The translations under genes and the position numbers were made by a program. Positions 1-7,939 of a stretch of 32,000 bases of DNA are shown piece after piece; the first letter of the stretch is position 1; each line of letters opens with the position of its first letter. Source of the DNA: Candidatus Scalindua sp. GTDB lineage: Bacteria > Planctomycetota > Brocadiia > Brocadiales > Scalinduaceae. The notes below the pieces were generated by a model. That model saw only the letters and a list, made by a program, of their open reading frames with translations. It searched no databases and was not told where the DNA came from. The DNA lies in NCBI GenBank assembly GCA_031316235.1, contig JALDRA010000001.1, positions 2,550,001 through 2,582,000 on the forward strand. The letters are read 5' to 3'.

Positions 1-215
1 ATGAAGTGAGGGGGCTCATAAATAAAATGGCAAAAGAGAAGTGTATTATTGTATCTACTCACATTCTCGAAGAAGTTGACGCCGTATGCTCCCGGACCAT
101 CATCATATCCAAAGGGAAAATATTGGTAGATTCAACACCGAATGAATTGAAAGAACAACATCAATGCAGCCTTGATGAAGTTTTTCGCAAAATTACAAAG
201 TCAAAAACGGATTAA
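1..215 (+). CDS. ABC transporter ATP-binding protein, C-terminal fragment (5' part outside the window)
   Basis: The frame is open from the window edge to TAA at 213-215. The tail ...KCIIVSTHILEEVDAVCSRTIIISKGKILVDSTPNEL... matches the H-loop (STH) and C-terminal region of ABC ATPases. An ABC-2 permease lies downstream. Confidence 0.7.
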   Translation, partial: EVRGLINKMAKEKCIIVSTHILEEVDAVCSRTIIISKGKILVDSTPNELKEQHQCSLDEVFRKITKSKTD

Positions 216-411
216 GCTTGTTTGACGGTAATACTGATGCACTGATTTAATTATAGAGTATTCACCTTTTAGCGGGTAATAAATCAATGGGTTATATTAT
301 TTTTGTGCGGAAGCACACATCCAAAAGGGCATGAAGCAACTAGAGGGAAGTAGCTGCAGCCATTTTGAAAGAGTTGTGCAGGAGGCATTAACTCGACAGA
401 GGAGCTGAAAT

Positions 412-1143
412 ATGAACAGTTTTGTAGCGGTATTCAAGAGAGAGTTGAAATCGTACTTTACGACACCTATTGCATATGTCTTTCTTGTTGTTTTCCTGTT
501 TTTTTCCGGTTACCTTACATTCAAGGACGGTTTTTTTGAAATGCGGCAGGCAGACATGGGTGTATTTTTTATGAATATACCTCTCCTGTTTGTTTTCCTG
601 GTTCCAGCAACATCAATGCGGCTGTGGGCAGAGGAACGCAGGATTGGTTCTATTGAGCTTCTCCTGACACTGCCGATTACCGTTACACAGGCGGTGCTGG
701 GAAAGTTTTTTTCTGCATGGCTTTTTCTTGTCATCGCTCTCGCCTTGACCTTTCCTATGGTTATTACTGTCTGTTTCCTGGGAGATCCGGATGTGAGCCT
801 GATAATTACGGGATACCTGGGAAGTGTCTTACTGGCAGGGGGATTTCTTTCGATCGGCTGTTTTTTTTCAATAGTCAGCAAGAACCAGGTCATCAGTTTT
901 GTTCTTTCGGTTGTTACCTGTGCAGTGCTTGTCTTTGCAGGGATGCCAACCACCTTAAACTATCTTTCAGCATTTTTACCTGCTGGTTTGGTCTCAGCAA
1001 TTGGAAATTTCAGTTTTCAGGTACACTTTGAATCCATCCAAAAAGGAATGCTGGAATTTAAAGACATCTCTTATTTCATATTGATGATCGTTGGCTGGAT
1101 TGTTGCTGGTACCTATATATTAGACGAAAGGAAGGCCTACTGA
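412..1143 (+). CDS. ABC-2 type transporter permease (GldF-like)
   Basis: 243-aa ORF with about 6 hydrophobic helices. ATG at 412 is preceded by GAGGAG. It sits between an ABC ATPase and a GldG-type protein. Its stop overlaps the next start (TGATG at 1141-1145). Confidence 0.75.
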   Translation: MNSFVAVFKRELKSYFTTPIAYVFLVVFLFFSGYLTFKDGFFEMRQADMGVFFMNIPLLFVFLVPATSMRLWAEERRIGSIELLLTLPITVTQAVLGKFFSAWLFLVIALALTFPMVITVCFLGDPDVSLIITGYLGSVLLAGGFLSIGCFFSIVSKNQVISFVLSVVTCAVLVFAGMPTTLNYLSAFLPAGLVSAIGNFSFQVHFESIQKGMLEFKDISYFILMIVGWIVAGTYILDERKAY

Positions 1144-3122
1144 TGAGTAAGACTATTCAAATGGTTATCGGTGTTATCCTTGTTCTGGTGATAATGTTTT
1201 CTTCAATTAGCGTTTGTCAGGATATCGGCAAATCATTGAAACTCGATGTGACGGAACAGAGGCTTTATACCCTTTCAGATGGAACAAGAGCCATTCTGGC
1301 CAAGCTCCGTCAGCCTGTTGCCGTAAAGCTGTATTATGCTGAAACGGCAGCCCTGAAAGGGCCTGACCAGATCAGGTTTTTCAACAACTATTACCAGTAC
1401 GTAAAGTCTCTGCTGGAAGAGTATGTATCGTCAGCAAATGGCATGATTGATTTCCAGGTGATTGACCCAAGGCCCTATTCCGAAAGCGAGGCAAAGGCAT
1501 TACAGTACGGACTAAGTAAATTCTCCATTACCGAAGAGGAGAGTTTTTTCTTTGGCCTTGTGGTCCAGACTCAGTTCGGGGTAGAAAAGGTTATACCGTT
1601 CTTTTCGCCTGACCGACAGAGTTTTCTTGAGTATGATATTAGCTACCTGATCGATACCGCCATCACTCGCCAGAAAACAAAAATTGGAATCATGAGTTCC
1701 CTGCCGGTGATGGGAGACGACCTGAGCGGATATATGGCTCAGATGATGAGGATGCAGGGGCAGCAACCAGAGCCATCATGGACGATTGTAAATCAGCTGA
1801 AAAAGCAGTATGAGATCAAGGCCGTTTCCACAGAAGTTGATGAGATAGAGGATGTTGATATCCTCCTTGTTATCCATCCAAAGGAGTTGCCGGAAAAAAC
1901 CCTCTTTGCCATAGATCAATTTGTGCTCAAGGGAGGCAGGACTATTGTTTGTGTCGATCCTCACTGCTATGCCGATCCGCCTGATCAAAAGGCTGCCATG
2001 TTAAGCGGGGCAGCACCTGCACAGAATTCTGATCTGAATCGCCTGTTTAAGACATGGGGTGTGGAAATGCCCGCAAACACTTTTGCCGGTGATCGCTCGC
2101 TGGCCTTGAAGGCGACGTTAATGCCGAATCAAAGGCCTGAAAAGCTTATTGGTTTTCTTGATTTAACATCACAATGCTTCAATCCCGATAGTGTTATTAC
2201 GGCAGAACTTAACCAGGTCAGGCTTCTCTTTGCCGGTGTATTGCAGGAAACAGGAGATTATCAAAAAGAGGAAGGGGTGGGTAATATTGAACGGAGAACT
2301 CTTCTATCGACTACCAATAAAGGAAACAGCTGGTCAGTCAGCAGCTCGTATGAGCTGCTTGTTCCAGATCCCTCACAACTTATGAAAAAGTTTGTTGATG
2401 GGAACAATCCCGTGGTAATGGGTTCTCTCATCACCGGCAAGTTTAAGAGCAGTTTTCCGGATGGTATTTTGATTGATGCCGTCAAAGGGGAGTCACCGGA
2501 GGAAACAGAAAAGCCGGAGGTCGAAAAGAAAAATATTACAGGTTTAACAGAAGCAACAGAAGAGTGTGTTGTTGCGATATTTACGGATGTTGATTTTATC
2601 AGCGATCTTGTTGCATACCAGGATACATTCTTAGGCAAGATAGTCATTGGAGATAACAGTACCCTGCTCTTGAATACCATTGACGACCTGAGAGGGTCCA
2701 GTGAATTAATTTCAATTCGATCACGAGGCAGCTACAAGCGGCCATTTACCGTGGTTGATGCCATAGAGCAGAAAGCGGAGAGAGAAACATCAGCGGAAGA
2801 GGATAAGATTAATGCAGAAATCGCTGGTTTTCAGGATGAATTAAACTCTATCATATCATCTGCTAAAGAGGGTGAGGAAGAGATAATTGGAAGCTCAATT
2901 CTGCAGAAAAAGAAAGATATAGAGTTAAAGATACACAAAGCCCAACGGGAATTACGACGTGTCAAGATGAAAAGAAGGGAACAGATTGAAAGCCTGGGGA
3001 ACGTGCTTCGAAATCTTAATATGCTGATGACACCCGGAATCATTTTAATCATTGCTATCGTTTTGGGTATACGCAGATCCGCCAGAAAGAGACACTATAT
3101 TAGTCATGCAAGCGATTCTTAA
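1143..3122 (+). CDS. GldG-family ABC-transporter auxiliary protein (ABC-type uncharacterized transport system domain)
   Basis: 659 aa with an N-terminal TM (VIGVILVLVIMFSSISV) and a C-terminal TM (MLMTPGIILIIAIVLGI) flanking a large exported domain. It has the LYTLSDGT...VKLYY opening typical of GldG-like proteins and is coupled to the permease gene. Confidence 0.65.
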   Translation: MSKTIQMVIGVILVLVIMFSSISVCQDIGKSLKLDVTEQRLYTLSDGTRAILAKLRQPVAVKLYYAETAALKGPDQIRFFNNYYQYVKSLLEEYVSSANGMIDFQVIDPRPYSESEAKALQYGLSKFSITEEESFFFGLVVQTQFGVEKVIPFFSPDRQSFLEYDISYLIDTAITRQKTKIGIMSSLPVMGDDLSGYMAQMMRMQGQQPEPSWTIVNQLKKQYEIKAVSTEVDEIEDVDILLVIHPKELPEKTLFAIDQFVLKGGRTIVCVDPHCYADPPDQKAAMLSGAAPAQNSDLNRLFKTWGVEMPANTFAGDRSLALKATLMPNQRPEKLIGFLDLTSQCFNPDSVITAELNQVRLLFAGVLQETGDYQKEEGVGNIERRTLLSTTNKGNSWSVSSSYELLVPDPSQLMKKFVDGNNPVVMGSLITGKFKSSFPDGILIDAVKGESPEETEKPEVEKKNITGLTEATEECVVAIFTDVDFISDLVAYQDTFLGKIVIGDNSTLLLNTIDDLRGSSELISIRSRGSYKRPFTVVDAIEQKAERETSAEEDKINAEIAGFQDELNSIISSAKEGEEEIIGSSILQKKKDIELKIHKAQRELRRVKMKRREQIESLGNVLRNLNMLMTPGIILIIAIVLGIRRSARKRHYISHASDS

Positions 3123-3160
3123 AAACCTTTTGTCAACACCATTAGTCAGGAGTCCAGTCA

Positions 3161-4261
3161 ATGAGTGGTAAAAAGCTTATGATTTTAGGTATTGTTACGG
3201 CCTGTATGATTGCGTGGGCTGTAGTCCAGTCGCACGTAGCGAAAAGGTATAGTTCAGAGCCAACGGTTCCGGTATATGTCATACAAGGTCTAGACCCAAC
3301 AGATATCGGAACTATTATATTGGGAAGTGGAGAAGACTCTTTAACCCTGAAGCGGGAGGGCTCGAATTTTGCCGTGTTGAACAAAGATAATTATCCGGCT
3401 GTCACAAAAGAGATAAACACGCTTATTACCTCGTGCATGGATATCCGTACCGCTGAGCTCTACACAGAAAATCCGGCAAATCACAAGGATCTTGGCGTAA
3501 CGGAAGAAGAGGCAACTTATGTGGTGAAATTCCTGAAACCAGATTCCGATTTCCTCGCCGGTGTTATCATAGGGAAAAATAAGGAACAGAGCAGCGGCTC
3601 TTTTGTGAGGATGCTTCCGGGGGATAAGGTGTACGTTTCACTTGAACGCCCCTGGATTAAGGACCAGGTAATGGATTATATAGACACGGAGATACTTTCT
3701 TTAGCCCGTGAAGATATTGAGTCCGTTACCGTTCAATCTCCTGATGAAACCTATACTCTGCATGCAGAAAACGGTAGAGAAGGCATTGTGCTGGAAAATC
3801 TCCCCGCCGGGAAAAAAGTGAAAGCTAGCGAATCTGAAAAAGTCTTCACCGCTTTAACAAATCTGCAGTTCCAGGATGTTAAGAAAAAATCGGCTGCAGA
3901 CGGAGAGTTGTCCTTTGAGAGAAGGTTCATCTGTAAAGAGAAAAACTCTACAGTTTATACCATCAAGATTGCTCAAAGGGATAACAAGACCTATGTAATG
4001 TGTGAATGCGAATTTACCGATAATACACCCGTCAAAAAGGAAAAAGGTGTTGAATCAGAAGAAGAGTTAAAGAAAAAAGAGTCTAAACTGCTTGCAATGG
4101 AGGATGCAAAGGGGTTTCTGGTAAGACACAGCGGATGGATATACGAGATTCCTGAAAATGCTGCAAAGAATCTGACAATCAAACTGTCGGCATTATTAGT
4201 AGACGAAGAAGATATCTCTCAAGAGGAGAATGAAGCAGAAAAAAGTGATGGAGAAGGATAA
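3161..4261 (+). CDS. DUF4340-like membrane-anchored protein
   Basis: 366 aa with a single N-terminal TM (LMILGIVTACMIAWAVV), an acidic C-terminal tail, and the position directly after gldG that DUF4340 proteins usually occupy. AGGAG lies 8 nt upstream of the ATG. Confidence 0.55.
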   Translation: MSGKKLMILGIVTACMIAWAVVQSHVAKRYSSEPTVPVYVIQGLDPTDIGTIILGSGEDSLTLKREGSNFAVLNKDNYPAVTKEINTLITSCMDIRTAELYTENPANHKDLGVTEEEATYVVKFLKPDSDFLAGVIIGKNKEQSSGSFVRMLPGDKVYVSLERPWIKDQVMDYIDTEILSLAREDIESVTVQSPDETYTLHAENGREGIVLENLPAGKKVKASESEKVFTALTNLQFQDVKKKSAADGELSFERRFICKEKNSTVYTIKIAQRDNKTYVMCECEFTDNTPVKKEKGVESEEELKKKESKLLAMEDAKGFLVRHSGWIYEIPENAAKNLTIKLSALLVDEEDISQEENEAEKSDGEG

Positions 4262-4415
4262 ATCCTGAGATGTCAGAAAAAGCATATTTAGGTCCTGAAC
4301 AAAAACCCTGTGGCTGAACCGAAATACCCGGACACAAGGTGCTGATTCCGTAACGGTAACTTCCTGAAGCACTTGGGGGGAGTTGTTACGGCAATGCAAG
4401 AGTGAGAAGTTCTGC

Positions 4416-6170
4416 TCAACCACCGCTATCACTTGTTTTACAGCCTGTTTCTCCCCTTTGCTTAACCTTTAATACTCGAAAGCGATTCAGCGTTGCAGCC
4501 AATTCATGGTACCTGAACAGAGCCAGATCACCTCTTAAATCAGGTTTCGTGAGACAATCCAAACCTTCTTTACGTATATCTTCCATTACTAATGTGCAGA
4601 TCTCCCGTATACTTCGTCGGCCGTCGATATAATGACGGGCATAATGGATGGCATAACCGATTGCCCGCAACTGGCTGGGATGTAGAAGCTGTTCCACTGC
4701 ACCCACCTGAACCTGCTGTTCACCAAAATGGAGCAGCGTACGCCCTTCAGGTCTGATATAAATCTGTTTTTTTCCCTTCGAGGCATTCATACTGTCTGGC
4801 AGAGGAATACGGTGAATTTCTGAAATAGGGTTAACATCATGATCAGCTGAAAGCGGGTACTTTTTCACTATTTGACGAGACTCCAAAGTTAAATCATGTG
4901 GACGATACTCTATCATGGCAATTACCAGATCCGCCACAGGAAAGTAGTCACCACTTCCTCCCATTACGAGCACCGTCGAAATCCCCTTTTTTTCATAGAG
5001 CCCTCTCACATGCTCAATGAAAGGTGTTATTGGCTCCTTGTCTTTGGCAATGAGGGCCCTCATCCGTTCATCGCGGATCATAAAATTTGTTGCAAGTGTA
5101 TCTTCATCCAGGAGAAGGGTGCTTGCACCAACCTCAAATGCCTCCAGGATATTTGCTGCTTGAGACGTACTTCCGCTGGCATTTGCAGTTGAGAAAAACC
5201 TGGTTTCCTGATTAAACGGCAGATTAGAGATAAAGGGGTTTATATTCAAGTTTTGTATGCTGCGCCCATCCTCTGCCCTGATCTTGACGGCATCAGCATT
5301 CGTAATCACAAACTCTCGACCATCACCAGGAATGTGGTTATAGACCCCGTGTTCCAATGCATGCAGCAAGGTAGATTTACCGTGATATCCACCACCGACT
5401 ATCAGTGTTACTCCACAGGGAATTCCCATGCCTCTTATCGTTCCATGGTTAGGCAATTCAAAGTCAACTTTCAGAGATTCACAACTCTTAAAGAGAACGA
5501 GGCTTTTTGAACTTAATGGTCGTGAGTCAATTCCACTCGCCCGAGGAAGGACGGCATTATCAGCCACAAATCCGATCAAACCTCTGTTTGTCAGGCTGTT
5601 TCTGATAAACTCAGCATCCTCAACGGTCTCAATATGCTGATAGAGCCTCTCTTTTTCCAATCTCTGGTAATATAATGAATCATGAACGATTCGAGTGATA
5701 ACCTTCGAAAATATATATGCAGCTGCTTTACCAGCAATCCTGCGACCATACGCAGGGAGGCCAACCAGAAAGCGGGCCTCAATGCATCTATCTTTTATTA
5801 TCAGTGATGAACGTGTTAGGATCTCCTGCCCCGGCAGATCCATCTCGATAATACCACTCTTCCCTGAACCTTCTCTTTGATTATTATGCTTTCTTATTGC
5901 TTGACAAAAACTCCTGGCCAGGAAATCACATAATGCAATACTCCTCTGTCGGGTGTTATAGGTGTCATCAGGAAATTTGGCTGCGGTTATCGGAATCCTC
6001 ACCCTTACCCTGCTGGGGATTGCAAATGGGTCTCCTTGTATGTGATCAAGCCACAGTTCGTAATCCATAAACTGATACCCGCCTTTAATGGTTTTATAAG
6101 CAGGGTACGGCTTCCCCTCCATGGTGAGTACTTTCTTTATCAGTTCATCGTCCATTCGCATTATTGACAT
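4416..6170 (-). CDS. ABC-class ATPase (COG3044 / PF09818 ABC_ATPase family, MRB1590-like)
   Basis: The Walker-A context GVTLIVGGGYHGKSTLLHALEHGVYNHIPGDGREFVIT and LLLDEDTLATNFMIRD (Walker-B-like) are characteristic of this family. The maximal ORF starts at TTG 6188. ATG at 6170 (MSIMRMDD...) is preceded by GGAATGGAAAG and is the more likely start. Confidence 0.75.
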   Translation of the reverse strand: MSIMRMDDELIKKVLTMEGKPYPAYKTIKGGYQFMDYELWLDHIQGDPFAIPSRVRVRIPITAAKFPDDTYNTRQRSIALCDFLARSFCQAIRKHNNQREGSGKSGIIEMDLPGQEILTRSSLIIKDRCIEARFLVGLPAYGRRIAGKAAAYIFSKVITRIVHDSLYYQRLEKERLYQHIETVEDAEFIRNSLTNRGLIGFVADNAVLPRASGIDSRPLSSKSLVLFKSCESLKVDFELPNHGTIRGMGIPCGVTLIVGGGYHGKSTLLHALEHGVYNHIPGDGREFVITNADAVKIRAEDGRSIQNLNINPFISNLPFNQETRFFSTANASGSTSQAANILEAFEVGASTLLLDEDTLATNFMIRDERMRALIAKDKEPITPFIEHVRGLYEKKGISTVLVMGGSGDYFPVADLVIAMIEYRPHDLTLESRQIVKKYPLSADHDVNPISEIHRIPLPDSMNASKGKKQIYIRPEGRTLLHFGEQQVQVGAVEQLLHPSQLRAIGYAIHYARHYIDGRRSIREICTLVMEDIRKEGLDCLTKPDLRGDLALFRYHELAATLNRFRVLKVKQRGETGCKTSDSGG

Positions 6171-6193
6171 ATCTTTCCATTCCTTCAATATAA

Positions 6194-6333
6194 TATACTC
6201 ATCTCATACTGGATTTCGGATAAAATCCGAGATAAAATTGAGCAAGTACAAGTCCTCGGCGCTTTTTGTCCGGGGATACCTTCACCAAGATCTGGTTTCC
6301 GGTAAAACCGAAAACCAGATCGGTTTTAGTATA
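6194..6333 (-). repeat. MITE-like structured repeat, copy A (reverse orientation)
   Basis: The reverse complement aligns end to end with copy C (10561-10693), with 8 substitutions and one 7-nt indel by manual alignment. The ends are TATACT...GAGTATA. It contains a long hairpin GATCTGGTTTTCGG/CCGGAAACCAGATC and the conserved core TCTCGGATTTTATCCGAAATCCAGTAT. Confidence 0.85.
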
Positions 6334-6385
6334 ATATTATAGTGTAAAATACTCTCAGAGCGTCCTGTTTTATTACTTTCTACAA

Positions 6386-7057
6386 TTATAGAGATGCTGA
6401 AAGAAATGTTCCTTCTTGATGAGTAAAGGTGATTGACTGGAAATGGGCCCCGATAGAGAAAAAAGACTTTCCGTTTTTAACTATTTTTTTCGAGCTTATC
6501 ACCTCTGCTATTGCGCGGAAAAGGGAGCTGTCAATTTTAATTATTTCCTGAGTATCTAACACTTTCCTGCAGAGAAAACGGATGCCTTTAGGTGAGAGAT
6601 CTACCATTGTAGCTTCGTATAGACGTTCTGAAGCGGATGTAATGAAGTGAAACTTTTCAAGTTTCTGTGTACGAATAAGAGAGCGTTTACAGCTCTCTCT
6701 TGTACTATTCAGGTTCTCAGTCTGAAACAGGTTATTGTGACAGACACAGTTTTTGTCAGAATGGTCCTCGCGTGTAAGCGGTCTTTTGCAAAAAGTACAG
6801 AAAGCTCTTACTCTTTCTTTTGAGTAAAAAGTTTTTTTATAATGCTGAAACAGTTTCCTGTCATATTCAGCACGTTTTTTTTCATCACTCAAAGTCTGGA
6901 AGGCTTCATTGAGAACTTTAGCATTCCAGTGATCACCACCAAGATCAGGATGTTGTTTTAATTTGTGCAGGAGTGTAAGATAGCTGGTACGAATGATTTC
7001 AAAAGGGGCATCAGGCTGTACCTGCAGAATTCGGTAATAGTTGCGTCGATTGTCCAT
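6386..7057 (-). CDS. J-domain (DnaJ N-terminal) protein with a central Cys4 cluster and a C-terminal PilZ-like domain
   Basis: The N-terminus NYYRILQV...LLHKLKQHPDLGG...AEYDRKL is a J domain with the HPD motif (aa 36-38). CTFC-x13-CVC lies at aa 87-106. The C-terminus carries RSLIR (RxxxR, aa 125-129) and DLSPKG (DxSxxG, aa 153-158) 23 residues later, followed by the beta-rich pattern EIIKID...AIAEVI typical of PilZ. Confidence 0.7.
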   Translation of the reverse strand: MDNRRNYYRILQVQPDAPFEIIRTSYLTLLHKLKQHPDLGGDHWNAKVLNEAFQTLSDEKKRAEYDRKLFQHYKKTFYSKERVRAFCTFCKRPLTREDHSDKNCVCHNNLFQTENLNSTRESCKRSLIRTQKLEKFHFITSASERLYEATMVDLSPKGIRFLCRKVLDTQEIIKIDSSLFRAIAEVISSKKIVKNGKSFFSIGAHFQSITFTHQEGTFLSASL

Positions 7058-7084
7058 AGGTGGGTGCAGGTGAATGATTGGTAA

Positions 7085-7224
7085 TATACTAAAACTGATC
7101 TGGTTTTAGATTTCTCTAAAAACCAGATCCTGGTTAAGGGTATCCCCGGACAGAAAACGCCGAGGACTTTCCCCGCTCCGTTTTTTCTCGGATTTTATCC
7201 GAAATCCAGTATAAGAGAAGTATA
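7085..7224 (+). repeat. MITE-like structured repeat, copy B (forward orientation, most diverged)
   Basis: It has the same TATACT...AGTATA ends and the same 27-nt core (7187-7213) as copies A and C. The hairpin stem GATCTGGTTTT/AAAACCAGATC is retained with a completely different loop (AGATTTCTCT). Confidence 0.8.
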
Positions 7225-7436
7225 CAAAGTATTACTATGTTAACAGTAAGATCTCTGGAAAGAGTGCCACGGTATTTTCTCCAGAGACCTGAGCTAAGGT
7301 ATTATCGACACACAATCAGAAAACTTTACCTTGGCATATCTTCTTAAAATATCATACATCACTATTCTCATGAGCCCTGTTTGTGTTTACCGACACTCAC
7401 TGTTTTTTTACTGTACTTACATTTTTTATTACAACA

Positions 7437-7739
7437 TCAAACCTCGTAATCTGCAACTCTCCGTTCACTGCAGACGGCAGACATGAATGGCAGGAGTAAT
7501 TTGTGTTCCGGGTGATTTTGGTAACATCTCAGCGCCTCCGGTGACTCAAATTCTGAGTAGAGAACCAGATCAGCCGAGGAATCACTCTTTGAATAATCAC
7601 ACCCGACTTCCAGGCGGCAAAGACCGGGAACTTTTCCGTTTAATGACTCAAGCCTCTCCTTCGCAATTTTTGCATTCTCTTCCTGATTATTCCCTTCAGC
7701 ATATTTATGTAATTTCCACATCACTATGTGTTTTATCAT
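7437..7739 (-). CDS. Dabb family stress-responsive alpha/beta-barrel protein
   Basis: 100 aa. The pattern MIKHIVMWKL...LEVGCDYS...DLVLYSEFESPEALRCYQNHPEH is the classical Dabb (PF07876) pattern. Confidence 0.75.
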   Translation of the reverse strand: MIKHIVMWKLHKYAEGNNQEENAKIAKERLESLNGKVPGLCRLEVGCDYSKSDSSADLVLYSEFESPEALRCYQNHPEHKLLLPFMSAVCSERRVADYEV

Positions 7740-7939
7740 GATTTACGGCCTTTCTCCACAATTCCCGCAATTAATCCTGCATTGAAGCATTTGATTAAAG
7801 AAGCGAACGAGCTTGTTTCTCTTTTTTACTGTTACACCAAAAACATCAAAAAAACCGCACTTCTCAAACCTGGAATCCTTTTCCGACTCGTTCGAGTCAG
7901 TAGTGTCTATTTTTTCACATTTATTACCGTTACCCTTTT

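Noticed and set aside
4262-4415. A bidirectional terminator between the convergent DUF4340 and ABC-class ATPase genes
   Set aside because: The only feature is a 7-bp inverted repeat (CCGTAAC...GTTACGG) with a loop of about 27 nt and no flanking T/A runs. That is not convincing as an intrinsic terminator.
6121-6342. Track ORFs running through the repeat copies (6121-6342 + through copy A; 10532-10714 + through copy C)
   Set aside because: The two ORFs read opposite strands of the same element, and copy B has no equivalent ORF. No frame is conserved between copies, so the element is non-coding.
7237-7347. 36-aa plus-strand ORF (MLTVRSLERVPRYFLQRPELRYYRHTIRKLYLGISS) just after repeat copy B
   Set aside because: It has no Shine-Dalgarno sequence and a basic, low-information composition. 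It overlaps an 8-bp inverted repeat (TCTCTGGA...TCCAGAGA, about 7253-7288). There is no evidence of coding.
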